This document shows, in pieces, positions 1 to 13,244 of a DNA stretch of 64,000 bases (positions within the stretch are counted from its first letter, which is position 1; every line of letters begins with the position of its first letter). The translations under genes were made by a program, and so were the position numbers. The DNA comes from Octopus sinensis. Taxonomy: Eukaryota. The stretch lies in assembly GCF_006345805.1 (NCBI RefSeq), contig NC_043008.1:54374001-54438000 (forward strand). Reading direction: 5' to 3'. Under the pieces are notes generated by a model. That model was not told where the DNA came from, ran no database searches, and saw only the letters and a program-made list of their open reading frames with translations.

Positions 1-1067
1 GTATAATTCTCTAATCTCAGTGTGGTTATTAATTAGTAAGATATTAAATGGCAGTGTTAATTAATCTTCTCAGTAAGTTCGCTTTGGTGCCTTTTTCTTT
101 CTAATCCGAATGCCATATTTATTTCTTTGGTAAATCCGTGTACTATATGTGGTAGTGTTTCTAGTTATCATTTGCTGCATACAACTAGAAATTATTAACG
201 TGCAAGAGATGGTTGATTGTCACAATATAACATAGTATCTACGTCTAGTTCTGTTCAGCATGGTAGTCACAGGCATCGACACCAGACAGAGAGGGAACAG
301 AGAGAAAAGAGACGTTTGGAATATTCCTTCTTATGTCTGTAACTGTTTCATAACTTTTTCTCTGTTACTTGTGGTACCTTATTGATGACTGGGTAGTTTT
401 CTCTCCCATTGACAAACATCTTTCTTGCTGAAATTTTATTATGTGCTTTATTATTGCCATTCAATGTAAACTCCAATTTTTTTAGGTGTATTTTATCATT
501 TTATTATCAATGCTTTGGGACCACATGACCAAGAAAAGAAATCATAATTATAATCATCATCATCATCATCATAATTATTGTTTTATCGTCCTCCTCCACG
601 TATCGGCAGAATCGTGCACGCCGGGCAAAATGCTTAGCGGTACTTCGTCTGTCTCTACATTCTAAGTTCAAATTCTGCCGAGGTCGATTTTACCTTTCAT
701 CATTTCGGGGTCGATAAAATAAGTACCATTTGAACACTGGAGTCTATGTACTCGGCCAGCTCCTTCCCTAAATTTTCAAAACTTGTGCTTGTAGTAGAAA
801 AGATCAGCAGCCAAACCTTCTTTACATCACATCTTGCAATCCTAGAAAACGGAGTCATATCTATCCAGAATAAAGGAATACAGGTTAATAATAAGATGTG
901 GCCTAGAGTTAAGCAACGACAAAACTGCAAACCCTCTTGATTCTGATTTCTTTAATACAAATTTACCATCACAGTCAGCTTTTGATGTCTTCTTTTTAGG
1001 GGCTTTGTTTGTTTGTCTGGTTTTTTTTCCTAAAACAAATTAAAGATAAAAATTCTTTATCTTGCAG

Positions 1068-1334
1068 GTTTTGGTCTTCTTGAAAGTGGCTCTGTGTCTT
1101 CGAAGAATGAAGTGAATATCATGGTAAAAAACGCAGTCGACGTGATTGTCGGGGGGTTGTCATTCTGGATGTTTGGGTATGCCCTGGTCTATGGTGAAGA
1201 CTTCGGAATCAGCAACCCGTTTTTTGGATGGGGAGACTTTTTCGTCTCTACCCGATCGAGGGATGTCGGCTGGGTTTACTCAAAGTTCTTCTTCACTGCT
1301 TCTTTTGCTACGACTGCGACAACGATTGTATCAG
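1068..1334 (+). CDS. amt: Ammonium transporter (Amt/Mep family), first exon in window (upstream exons outside window)
   Basis: cttgcag acceptor and gtacga donor, phase 1/1. Translates (G)FGLLESGSVSSKNEVNIMVKNAVDVIVGGLSFWMFGYAL...FFTASFATTATTIVSG, the typical animal Amt N-terminal TM region. Confidence 0.95.
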
Positions 1335-1384
1335 GTACGATAATGTTTGTTGCATTTAATAATCAAGCATATGTCAGATGAAAT

Positions 1385-2012
1385 AAAATATCGTATTAAA
1401 TGTTAAATATAGTATATCTGTGCCAATCGCCAACAAAAATCGACAAAAATCGACAAAAATATTGTATTAAATGTTAAATATAGTATATCTGTGCCAATCG
1501 CCAACAAAAATCGACAAAAATCGACAAAAATATTGTATTAAATGTTAAATATAGTATATCTGTGACAATCGCCAACAAAAATCGAGAAAAATCGACAAAA
1601 ATATCGTATTAAATGTTAAATATAGTATATCTGTGCTAATCGCCAACAAAAATCGACAAAAATCGACAAAAATATTGTATTAAATGTTAAATATAGTATA
1701 TCTGTGCCAATCGCCAACAAAAATCGACAAAAATCGACAAAAATATTGTATTAAATGTTAAATATAGTATATCTGTGCCAATCGCCAACAAAAATCGACA
1801 AAAATCGACAAAAATATTGTATTAAATGTTAAATATAGTATATCTGTGACAATCGCCAACAAAAATCGAGAAAAATCGACAAAAATATCGTATTAAATGT
1901 TAAATATAGTATATCTGTGCCAATCGCCAACAAAAATCGACAAAAATCGACAAAAATATTGTATTAAATGTTAAATATAGTATATCTGTGCCAATCGCCG
2001 ACAAAAATCGAG
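1385..2012. repeat. 71-bp minisatellite, ~8.8 copies
   Basis: GTATTAAATG recurs at 1393, 1464, 1535, 1606, 1677, 1748, 1819, 1890 and 1961. Confidence 0.97.
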
Positions 2013-2511
2013 CGCATATCACGACATAACATTCTTTTCAACTCTAGGCACAAGGCCCGAAATTTTGGGGGAAAGGGGCCAGTCAATTAGATCGACCGCA
2101 GTACGCTACTGGTATTTAATTTATCGACCCCGAAAGGATGAAAGGCAAAGTCGACCTCACAACGTAACAACATTTCGACATATCTCTTTAACCTCGGCTT
2201 ACCATGTTCAATATCAACCCGAAAGAAAATGAAAGAGATACGGCTTTCCTAAAGTTCCAACGGTGCGAGGAGTATTCCAGAACTTTGGGGACTTTTTTAG
2301 GGAAAGGTAGTTATAACTGTCCTGGGTCATTGTAATTTAAGTATAACGTCACTATAGACAAAATAAGCTGACTTGCCAACCTTTGTCATTCCAGACCGAA
2401 AGAAGATGGCTGTTGCAGCACTTTGAACACAACCAGCTAAATATACATACATACATATATACATCCATCCATCCATCCATACATACATACATACATACAT
2501 ACATACATACA

Positions 2512-2576
<65 letters not shown>

Positions 2577-2581
<5 letters not shown>

Positions 2582-2726
2582 AGAATTTTTTGCGTAATGA
2601 GATAAAAAAACCAAGGCTGTATAGATATTAGACCATTTATTAGATATAAGGTCTTCTATCTATAAAAGTTCTAATATCTATACACCCTTGGTTTTTTTTA
2701 TCTCATTACGCAAAAAGTTCTTATAT
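2577..2726. repeat. Inverted repeat (~55-bp arms) next to (TA)n
   Basis: AAGAATTTTTTGCGTAATGAGATAAAAAAACCAAGG and its reverse complement at ~2685..2722. Confidence 0.9.
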
Positions 2727-3043
2727 ACACACGCTGACATAGAACCAACGTTGAACCCTTTATTCGCAATATTACTGAATCTGGAACTTAACTATGGTCT
2801 GTCTATAGCACTTATTCAGCATTACCTGACACCTTTGGGTCTTAATGACACCATTATCTCTTATATATATATATATATATATATGTTCACGTATATACAT
2901 TCACGTACACACATACATACACATACATCTTCGCACACAAAATTAAGATAAACAAAGTTCGTTTTTAATCTAAAATATACTCTACTTCATTTTCTACAAT
3001 GCTCTTCCATCTGTCTGGTAGACATGCAAGCCCCCACCCCTCT

Positions 3044-3555
3044 TCCAAAATTCACTTATCCGTGACGAAAACTACTCTAGTACTCTTCTGACCTCGTCTA
3101 CAAAATTCATATTTTTTCTGTCCAAATGATTTTGAAAACTGCGGAATAAATGATAATCGGATGGGGCAATGTCAAACTAATATAGTGGGTGGGACATTGT
3201 TTCCCATTCAAACTCCTCAAGCCTTTGGAATGTCATCCTTGCTGTATATGGCCGAGCATTATCCCGATGGAAGAATACCTTTCGTCTTAAGAGCAAAGAT
3301 GGTCGTTTTTCTTCTGGCGCTGACTTAAGCCACTCAAGCTGCTCGCAGTAGATCTCCTTTGCTATCGCTTGCTTTAGGTTAAAATGTTCAAGGTGGACTA
3401 AACTTTTCATATCCAACCAAACAGATAACAACACCTTACGTGGGTGAAGACTTTCTTTAGCCTAGGGTGCTGGTATTTCTCCTTTCCCTATCCACTGTCT
3501 TCGGCGCTTGATATTTTTAAAGAGAACCCATTTTTCGTCACCAGACACTATTCGG
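3044..3555 (-). mobile_element. Decayed mariner (DD34D-type) transposase fragment
   Basis: Across stops and frameshifts: RIVSGDEKWV, LLSVWLD, KRP, FHRDNARPYTA, WETMSHPLY*FDIAPSDYHLFRSFQNHL. Confidence 0.9.
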
Positions 3556-4430
3556 TCCAAAAAGGGCTCATTCGTGAGACGTGACAGCAAATACGAGCAC
3601 ACATTCACTCTCTGCGCGCGATTAGACTCGAAAAGTTTTTTAGGAACCCATTGACTTTGCCTTTTATCCTTTCGGGGTCGATTAAATAACTACCAGTTAC
3701 GCACTGGGGTCGATGTAATGTACCTAATCCCTTTGTCTGTCCTTGTTTGTCCCTTCTATGTTCAGCTCCTTGTGGACAATAAAGAAATAAGAAACGTTAG
3801 CACGCCTGGCGAAATGCTTAGCGATATTTCGTCTGTCTTCATGTTCTGAGTCCAAATTCCGCCGAGGTCAACATTGTCTTTCATCCTTTCGTGGTCGCTA
3901 AATTAAGTACCAATTGCGTACTGGGGTCGATTTAATCGACTGACCCCGCCCCCCCCCCACATTCCTAAAAAATCTCGAGCCTTCTTCCTAGAGTAGAAAA
4001 GAATATATTATTTATGTTACAGTTCAGTATTTATTTGAAGTATATTTTAACTCTACTAATTTTACATTTCGATAAAAGTGTCTAGCATTTTCTAATTACT
4101 TTTATTTTATATTTTAATTATTTTTACATTATATTTCTAATATCGATTTGCAATTTATTGATTGATATTATATTTTGATATCATTAATTGCATTTTGCTA
4201 ATATTATAGTATTTTGTTTTCCATATTAACAATGGTGTATTATAATTCTTTATAATTTTCTGGCACAAGGTCAGCGACGTTGATGGGGGTAGGAAGACGA
4301 TTATATCCACCTCGGTGCTCAACAGGTGTTTATTTTATTGACCCCCTAAAGGATGAAAGACGAAGTCGGCCTCGCTGGAATTTTGACTCAGAACAAAGAG
4401 TCGGAAGAAATGCCTCTAAGCATTTCGTCC

Positions 4431-5117
4431 GGCGGGCGAATTTTTTTTTCCCACGAGAGTTCCGGACCCCAGTTATGAACTCATTTGCATACAGCCAATA
4501 AGAGGTCAACTAGTGTCCACCTAGTCACGAAAATACTCTGGTTGAGTTCAGTGGAAAATATGCGCTATAGCAAAATCTAACTGTTCTAAACAGGTTAATA
4601 GGGGTGACAAATGTGAAATTTAGTGTATAAAGTGAATGGAGAGCTGCTCACCGATGGTGCCATATGTGTTGCTAATTTGTGTAATTTACTAGAATATGTA
4701 AATGAGTGTAGTTTCCTAATTTTGATTGATTTCGTACATTCCTAATTTAAAATGTTGGTGTTGATTTACAAACATCGTAATCAATATGGCGTTGTGTTGT
4801 ATTGAGCCTTCCTTGCATATATCAAAATATAACAAAATGCAGTATCACTAATCTCAGTCTGAGCATAGGTACCTAAGGTTAGCGCCATATAGAGATGGTG
4901 CTCAATTGATCTATGAGGATGGTGGTGGAGAATGTGGTATTTATGTGAGATCTGTTATGCTGTACTCACAGGGTGGCATACACCATTCTATGCCTGACAG
5001 ACTGTACTGTAATAGTACACAGTATGTGGATTTTCAAGGTGAACTCTGATTGGCTGTATGCAAATGAGTTCATTACTAGGGTCCAGAACTCTCGTGGAAA
5101 AAAGTTTCGCGTCCGCC
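4431..5117. mobile_element. MITE-like element with ~75-bp imperfect TIRs inserted into a SINE-B head
   Basis: 4431..4505 is inverted relative to 5044..5117 (CCACGAGAGTTC...GAACTCATTTGCATACAGCCAAT). Superfamily not assignable. Confidence 0.7.
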
Positions 5118-5558
5118 AGCTCGTCCCTTTAATTTCAAATCTTGGCACAAGGCCAGCAAATGTAGCAGGAGTGATTAGTCAATTACATAAACCTCGGTTG
5201 TCAACTAGTACGTATTTCATCGACCGCGAAAGGATAAAAAGGCAAAGTCTACCTCATCGGGATTTGAACTCATAACGTAAACACGAAAGAAATATCGCTA
5301 GGCATTTTGCCCAGCGCACTAACGATTCTGCCAGCTGGCCGACTTCAGCTTGTCCAATATTGGTTTCAAATTCTGGAACAAGGCCAGTAAATATGAGGGC
5401 GGAAGTAAGTCGATTAAATTTACCCAGTACTCAAGTGGTACTTATTTTAACAACTCCGAAAGAATGAAAAGCAAAGTCGACCACGGTGGCATTTGAATTC
5501 AGAACGCAAAGACAAACGAAACGCTGCTAACAATTCTGCTAGCTCGCCACCTTTCTGA

Positions 5559-5971
5559 TACTCTTTACTCTCTTTTACTCTTTTACTTGTTTCAGTCATT
5601 TGACTGCGGCCATGCTGGAGCACCGCCTTTTAGTCGAGCAAATCGACCCCAGGACTTATTCTTTGTAAGCCTAGTACTTATCCCATCGGTCTCTTTTGCC
5701 GAACCGCTAAGTAACGGGGACGTAAACACACCACCATCGGTTGTCAAGCGATGTTGGGGGGACAAACACAGACACACAAACACACACATACATATATATA
5801 CATATATACGACGGGCTTCTTTCAGTTTCCGTCTACCAAATCCACTCCAAGGCTTTGGTCGGCCCGAGGCTATAGCTGAAGACACTTGCCCAAGATGCCA
5901 CGCAGTGGGACTGAACCCGGAACCATGTGGTTGGTAAGCAAGCTACTTACCACACAGCCACTCCTGCACCT
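5559..5971 (-). mobile_element. tRNA-derived SINE family A
   Basis: Head GG(C/T)GCAGGAGTGGCTGTGTGG...GGTTCAGTCCC (A/B boxes), internal (TA/CA)n, tail (AAAGAGT)n. Multicopy in window. Confidence 0.9.
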
Positions 5972-6408
5972 ATATACATTCAATATTATTTATAAATGAG
6001 AAATTCACATCTCAGATAGATAAAGATAATATTATTTCTACTCGAGTATTACGTGTCTTGTGATAATGAGTAACTTTGAAAGCACACTTATGCTACCATG
6101 GAAAACATCAAGAACTATGGCAGACATGAAATAATTATAATTCAACTTTTAGCAAATTTCTTGCTTATCATACAAAATTAAGAAGTAAAAACTAGTTTTC
6201 AAATCATAAATATTTATTACAAAATTATATAAGACGTTTTTGTTTCATTTGTATATTTGCAATAAATATATATTATTATTTTCCTAGATTTTATTAACAT
6301 AGTCGCGATTTACTTCGTCGAAAACCTGTCTTTGCACAATTTAAACTCCTCCCATATTTATTACCGTCATTTCAATATCGTCGCTCCTCTTCTTCCTCTA
6401 TCTCTAAG

Positions 6409-7195
6409 TATTTCTTTACTACCCACAAGGGGCTAAACACAGAAGGGGACAAACAAGGACAGACAAACGGATTAAGTCGATTATATCGACCCCAGTGCGT
6501 AACTGGTACTTATTTAATCGACCCCGAAAAGATGAAAGGCAAAGTCGACCTCGGCGGAATTTGAACTCAGAACGTAACGGCAGATGTAATACCTATTTCT
6601 TTACTACCCACAAGGGGCTAAACACAGAAGGGGACAAACAAAGACAGTCAAACGGATTAAGTCGATTATATCGACTCCAGTGCGTAACTGGTACTTATTT
6701 AATCGACCCCGAAAAGATGAAAGGCAAAGTCGACCTCGGCGGAATTTGAACTCAGAACGTAACGGCAGATGTAATACCTATTTCTTTACTACCCACAAGG
6801 GGCTAAACACAGAAGGGGACAAACAAAGACAGTCAAACGGATTAAGTCGATTATATCGACTCCAGTGCGTAACTGGTACTTATTTAATCGACCCCGAAAA
6901 GATGAAAGGCAAAGTCGACCTCGGCGGAATTTGAACTCAGAACGTAACGGCAGATGTAATACCTATTTCTTTACTACCCACAAGGGGCTAAACACAGAAG
7001 GGGACAAACAAAGACAGTCAAACGGATTAAGTCGATTATATCGACTCCAGTGCGTAACTGGTACTTATTTAATCGACCCCGAAAGGATGAAAGGCAAAGT
7101 CGACCTCGGTGGAATTTGAACTCAGAACCTAGCGACAGACGAAATACTGCTGAGCATTTCGCCCGGCGCGCTAACGTTTCTGCCAGCTCGCCGCC
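6409..7195 (-). mobile_element. SINE family B head-to-tail tetramer (185-bp period)
   Basis: Repeating ORF-track entries at 6495, 6680, 6865 and 7050; a single intact head GGCGGCGAGCTGGCAGAAACGTTAG at the right end. Confidence 0.92.
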
Positions 7196-7991
7196 CTTCT
7201 CCTCCTCTATCTCTATGATTCTTTCTCTATCGCTGTATGTGTCTGCGCCTCCCACCCAAATTACTGTGTGCATCCACCCTGTACCCCTTATGTTAATTCT
7301 CTTTGTATCTCTCTTTTTTTTTTGGAGGCGCGTGACAATGCGATTAGATTGTGGTTTCGTTTCCTGGACCAGGCAAAACACTTCCTTTCATGTTGCTCAG
7401 GTCCACTCAGCTGGCAAAATTAAATGACCCTGAGTTCAAATTCCGCTGAGGTCGACTTTGCCTTTCATCTTTTCGGAGTCGATAAATTAAGTACCAATTG
7501 CGTACTGGTGTCGATCTAATCGACTGCCCACCCTCCATTCCTAAAAAATGTCGAGCCTTATTCCTAGAGTAGAAAAGAATATATTATTTATGTTACAGTT
7601 CAGTATTTATTTGAAGTATATTTTGAAGTATATCCCTGCGGCGGATCCAAAACCACTTGGTTGCAAAGCGAGTCAATTCGGCATTTACTCACAAAACCAA
7701 GTGTACCAATTATTATTGGTGTGAATGTAAGTTTAAAATCTGGATATAGAAGCTGGAGGTTTCAGAGCCGTCGTATGTCTATACATATGTATGTATGTAT
7801 GTATGAATGTATGTATGTATGTATGTATGTATGAATGTATGTATGTATGTATGTATGTATGAATGTATGTATGTATGTATGTACGTATGTATGTATGAAT
7901 GTATGTATGTATGTATGTATGTAGTATGTATGTATGTATGCATGTATGTATGAATGTATGTATGTATGTATGTATGTATGAATGTATGTAT

Positions 7992-8249
7992 ACTCTCTCT
8001 TTACTCTTTTACTTGTTTCAGTCATTTGACTGTGGCCATGGTGGAGCACCGTCTTTAGTCGAGCAAATCGACCCCAGGACTTATTCTTTGGAGGTCTAGT
8101 ACTTATTCTATCGGTCTCTTTTGCCGAACCGCTAAGTTACAGGGATGTAAACACACCACCATCGGTTGTCAAGCGATGTTGGGGACAAACACAGACACAC
8201 AAACACACACACACACACACAACACACACACACACACACACACACAACA

Positions 8250-8296
<47 letters not shown>

Positions 8297-8328
8297 ACAC
8301 ACACACACACACACACATATATATACAT

Positions 8329-8385
<57 letters not shown>

Positions 8386-8550
8386 TACGACGGGCTTCTT
8401 TCAGCATCCGTCTACCAAATCCACTCACAAGGTTTTGGTCTGTCCGAGGCTATAGTAGAAGACACTTGCCAAAATGCCACACAGTGGGACTGAAGCTGGA
8501 ACCATGCGGCTGGTAAGCAAGCTACTTAGCACACAGCCATTCCTACGCCT
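7992..8550 (-). mobile_element. SINE family A, inserted in (ATGT)n
   Basis: Same head, body and tail as the other A copies, with an expanded internal microsatellite. Confidence 0.9.
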
Positions 8551-10305
8551 ATGTATGTATGTATGTATGTATGTATTTATCTTTGCGTTTTTAAGATAGG
8601 CACATCACATAGTTACCCCAACAACGCAACGGCGGCGAACTGACAGAATTGTTAGCACGCCGGAAAAAATGCTTCGCGGCATTTCATCCGTCTTTACGTT
8701 CTGAGTTGTCAAACTCTGACGGGGTCGACTTTTCATCCTTTCAGGTTCGATGACATTAGTAACATCTAAGCACTGGGGGGTCAAAGCAATCGACTTGCCC
8801 CTTCCTCAAAAATGTTAAGCCTTGTGTCTATTAATAAAATAGGTTTACTCCTACGGCATTTTAATTGTGGCGTTTAACTTCCATATTATTTCTGTGGGTA
8901 GTAAAGAAAGCACAGACAATCGATGGTGGCCGAAAGTCCTCTCTGCACTCATTTCTTAAACGCTTAAGTTTTTTTTAACTACTACATTAACAAGGGTTGA
9001 ATGTTACCCTTATTGGATGTTAATAATTAGTGTTTCAAAGCGAGCTGGCAGAATCGTTAGCATTCCGGGCGAAACTTTTACGTTCTGAGTTCAAATTCAC
9101 CTGAAGTTGACTTTGCTTGTCATCCCTTCAGGGTCGATAAAATTTTCTTCCGTCTTCACGTTTTGAGTTCAAATTCCGCCGACTAAATATTAGCCAATAA
9201 TGTGACTAGTATTTGGACCAGAGGCGACTCCAACTCATCTGCGTCACTCGGACTCATCACAGATTTCACTAAGACATGCCTACTCGAAAAATTTCACGTT
9301 TTCCGAAGCATTTCTAGCTCCAAATGGATTATTTCTTATATCTAGAACTATGTCTTTCTCCATTTCTAAATTAAGGGCATAAAAAAAGCAACCGTGCAAA
9401 ATACAACTGATCTTTACACACAGATGCACAGAACAACAGCAATCAAATAACGACAGTGCAGTGCACAACAAACATCAGCGATCTGACTGTCGCCTGTACT
9501 CTTGACAAAAGATACCAGTTAATCTTTTACACCTATCAGGCTCGTTCGTATTAGCCCGAGTTGCTGGATAATTTTTCGTTCTTTTAAGAATATCGTAGAA
9601 CGTAAAATTGTCATAGATTGCAATTTAAATCCTAATCTCTATTGAAATTTATTGTTTCAAGAAAAAACTGAATTTGAATTACTTTTAATTTTTATGATTA
9701 TGGATAACAACTCGGCCTGTAACTTCTGAGCCCGAGCCAGGCGCGTGTGAACGATGTCGAGAGAACGTCTGCAACGAATGATATTTTTTGACACAGGGCA
9801 CCTCTAGGACGATCGCCAGACACTGAACGAAATTAAATGAATTGCGACCAGGCTCAATAAAAGAATCCCGAGTTATTGGCTGCAATTACATACTTGAAGT
9901 CAGTGTTGGCAGAAACTAAATCAGCATGCAAATACACGTTCACTTTACTAAGTTTATACTCGGGCTAAGCCCGAACAGATCGAGGGCCGGAGTCACCACT
10001 GATCTGGACGTATTATTAAGGTGGTGAACTGATAGGATTGTTAGCTCTACGGACAAAATGCTAAGCAGTATTTCGTCGGTCTCTATGTTCTGAGTTCAAA
10101 TTCCGCAGACGTCGAACGTCGACTTTACCTTTCATTCTTTCGGTGGAGAGCGATAAAATAAATACCAGCTGATCAGTGGAGTCGATGTAATCTACTTAAC
10201 CCGTCACCCAAAATTGCTTTTCTTGAACCAACATTTGAAATCAATCATTTGTGTTTCAAAATTTCACTGTTTTTTTTTTCTCTCTACGTTATTTATTTTC
10301 TACAG

Positions 10306-10588
10306 GTGCAATGGCAGAGAGAACCAAACTGGAATCTTACATGGTGTTTTCTATGTTAAACACATTTGCATTTAGTATCCCAGCTCACTGGGCATGGGCA
10401 GATAATGGCTGGCTCACGTCGATGGGATTTATAGATGTTGCAGGAGCAGGACCGGTGCATATAGTGGGTGGTATGACAGCATTAATTGCAGCTCTGATGC
10501 TTGGACCTCGCAAAGGTAGATTTTTAACCTCGAACCCATCAACCTTTGGTTCTCCGACCAATGCTGTTCTGGGGATGTTCATGCTTTG
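10306..10588 (+). CDS. amt: Amt exon 2 in window
   Basis: tacag acceptor, gtaagc donor. GAMAERTKLESY...AHWAW...DVAGAGPVHIVGG...LGPRKGRF...LGMFMLW carries the GAxAER motif and the first pore His. Confidence 0.95.
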
Positions 10589-10629
10589 GTAAGCCATAAT
10601 TTTGTTTCTTCTTAAACTTTTTTGGCTTT

Positions 10630-10862
10630 TTAGTTAGTTAGTTGGTTAGTTAGTTAATTTGGATCAAAAGCAAATAGCAAGGCCATGTAGGGGGACATGG
10701 AGTTAAGTACAGGGTGGTGTTCATGTAAAGAGTTCAGGCCAATTGAGGTCAAGGGAGACTTTGAACAAAGCGGTCGTCGGCATCTTCACCATCTCGTCTG
10801 AAAGCTTGTTCCACGGATCCGCAACCCGGACGGAGAAAGCTCCTCTCCTTCGATTAAGATAT
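10630..10862 (-). mobile_element. CR1-like LINE 3' end, 5'-truncated
   Basis: RRGAFSVRVADPWNKLSDEMVKMPTTALFKVSLDLNWPELFT plus (AACT)n tail; near-identical to the copy at 19296. Confidence 0.85.
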
Positions 10863-10987
10863 ATCACAACAGGCATCAAACCATAGGACCATCTTTCAGC
10901 ACCCTCGGACGTTAACCATGCGTCCAACGATAAGCTTTGTCTTTCCGGCAATTCAAACGTCAACTGTTTAAAACAGTTACACGCACA

Positions 10988-11024
<37 letters not shown>

Positions 11025-11031
11025 CACACAC

Positions 11032-11091
<60 letters not shown>

Positions 11092-11172
11092 TATATATAA
11101 TATATATATTATATATATATGGAAAAACAAGTCAAGATAGAAAATGCTAAAATAATTTTATAAAGAACATTT

Positions 11173-11209
11173 CAGTACCGGTTTCGGTCATTTGAGACCT
11201 TTTCAACTG
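11173..11209 (-). ncRNA. Minimal hammerhead motif with U3-A8 core variant
   Basis: CAG-TTGAAAA-GGTC-tcaaat-GACC-GAA-AC-CG-GT-A-CTG. All three stems present, palindromic stem III ACCGGT. Confidence 0.6.
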
Positions 11210-11262
11210 TAACTATTAAATAATTAAATTTAGTAAAATTAAAAGAAAAGTTTTTTTTTTAA

Positions 11263-11315
<53 letters not shown>

Positions 11316-11556
11316 TATATATACACACACATATGTGCGTGTGTTTATGAATTATTGCAACCTTCTCACTTTAAACACGCCGAAACTATGTTGATTCAGG
11401 TTTCTGTGGTTGATTTTCCATGGCTAACGAGAGAAATATTCCTTGTTTAATTGTCTTTTCCGTTAATTGTTTCCGTGTCTTATTTTGATTTGCAGTATGT
11501 ATGTATATATATAAAGAGAGAGGGAGAGAGAGAGTGGTGTGTGTGTGTGTGTGTGT

Positions 11557-11599
<43 letters not shown>

Positions 11600-11724
11600 T
11601 GTGTGTGAAACTGGCCCTCTGAGTTTTAAAACTCGGGACAATAATGTCCAAGGGTGGGGCTTAACTAGTTACCTATGTAGAGTATGTGTTTTGTGTCACG
11701 GATTTTATGCTTATTATCTTCCAG

Positions 11725-11796
11725 GTGGGGTTGGCTAGGTTTCAACTGCGGCAGTACTTTCGGTATTTCCGGAACAAAGTGGATACTGGCAGCAAG
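11725..11796 (+). CDS. amt: Amt exon 3 in window
   Basis: ttccag/gtgagt, phase 2/2. WGWLGFNCGSTFGISGTKWILAAR matches the WxGFNxGS motif. Confidence 0.93.
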
Positions 11797-12847
11797 GTGA
11801 GTGGTTTCTGGTGTTTTGGGGTTTTTTTCTTCTTTTAATGGTTTAATCCAGAGAAAAGGCTTTCACACATGTGACGTTTGTTAGACATCTGAGACTGGTG
11901 ATATTAACACGGTTGTTCGCAAGATAAGATTTTCTTAAATCGTCGACTGTTATGAGAAAGCCTTTGACGGAGACACAATATCATAATGAATATGATAATT
12001 TCTAATTTAGACCCAATAATGAAAATGATAATTTAGGCCTCATAATGAAAATGATAATTTCTAATTTAGGTCCAAATCCAACGATTTTTGAAGAGAGATG
12101 TTTAATTGATTATGTCGACCACAGTACTTGACCGGTACTTATTTTATTGACCCACAAAGGATGAAAGGTAAAACTTGACCTCAGCAAAATTTGAACTTAG
12201 AATGCAAAGAGCGAGGGAAATCCTACAGAGCATTTTGTCCGTCGCGCTAACGATTCTGCCAGCAGCACGATACCTTAGCAATATTCCTTTCTGGATTAAG
12301 TATCGGACCTGAAATTTTGTGGGAAGGAGCTAGTCGGTTATATCAACCCCAGTACTTAACTGCACGTGTTTTTTTCAACCCCGAAAGGATGAACAGCAAT
12401 GTCGAACTCTGCAGAATTTGAACTCGGAACGCAAAAATAAGACATAAGAAATACTACATGATATTTTTTCTGGCTGGTCTGGAACGATATTTATCGACCC
12501 CGAAAGGCTGAAAGGCAAATATTTAAATTCGAGGTCCAGAACCCCAAAACGAATACCGCAAGGCATCTTCACCCACACTCTAGTAACTCTGTAAACTCGT
12601 TATCAATTACTACTGTAATATCCTTTCTGCTATAGACACGACGACAGCAATTTAGGGTAGGGACTAAGTCGGTTACATCGACCCCAGTGATGAATTGTTG
12701 TTTTTTTTATCGATCCCCTGAAAGGATGAAAGGCAAAGTCGACCTCGGTGGAATTTGAACTCAGAACGTGAAGTCGGAAGAAATGCCGCTAAGTAATTAC
12801 TCCAGTGTGCTAATGATTCTGTCAGCTCGTCAACTTAATATGTAGTA

Positions 12848-13119
12848 CAGTAATCTCTTGCCATATCGCGTTTCACCTATCGCGGTTCACCTATCGCGTT
12901 TCACCTATCGCGGTTCGCCTATCGCGGTTCACCTATTGCGGTTTATTATTTAAGCTTGCGTCGATTCCTCTGCGGTGTTGTTTTGCATTTATGATAAAAA
13001 GAATATATAAAAGAATATATAAAAATTATTAAAATATTAGAAAAAATATACAGTACAGATTTTCACCTGTCGCGATGGATTTTGGAAACGTAACACCCGC
13101 GATAGTCGAGAGATTACTG
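12848..13119. mobile_element. pogo/Tigger-like MITE with TA TSD
   Basis: TA-CAGTAATCTCT...AGAGATTACTG-TA; internal 14-bp tandem TATCGCG(G/T)TTCACC. Confidence 0.8.
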
Positions 13120-13181
13120 TATTGTAATATCGATGAAACAAAGCCAGAAATTTCCGAATCATTTCTGTCATTCATCTGCTG

Positions 13182-13214
<33 letters not shown>

Positions 13215-13244
13215 GTGTGTGTGTGTGTGTAATATATCTCTTTC

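Noticed and set aside
1385-2012. Possible CRISPR-like array (also considered for 6409..7195, 54082..54510 and 25990..26140)
   Set aside because: The first three have near-identical units with no unique spacers; the last has only a 4-9-nt core. No cas genes, and the context is a spliced eukaryotic locus.
6495-7427. Repeated 84-aa ORFs (MRNWYLFNRPRKDERQ...)
   Set aside because: Antisense reading of tandem SINE-B units; the same peptide appears wherever the SINE occurs.
10440-10470. DVAG in place of the bacterial DFAG as a novel Amt selectivity change
   Set aside because: Aliphatic residues at this position occur in other animal Amts as I recall; twin His, the Phe gate region and WxGFN are intact.
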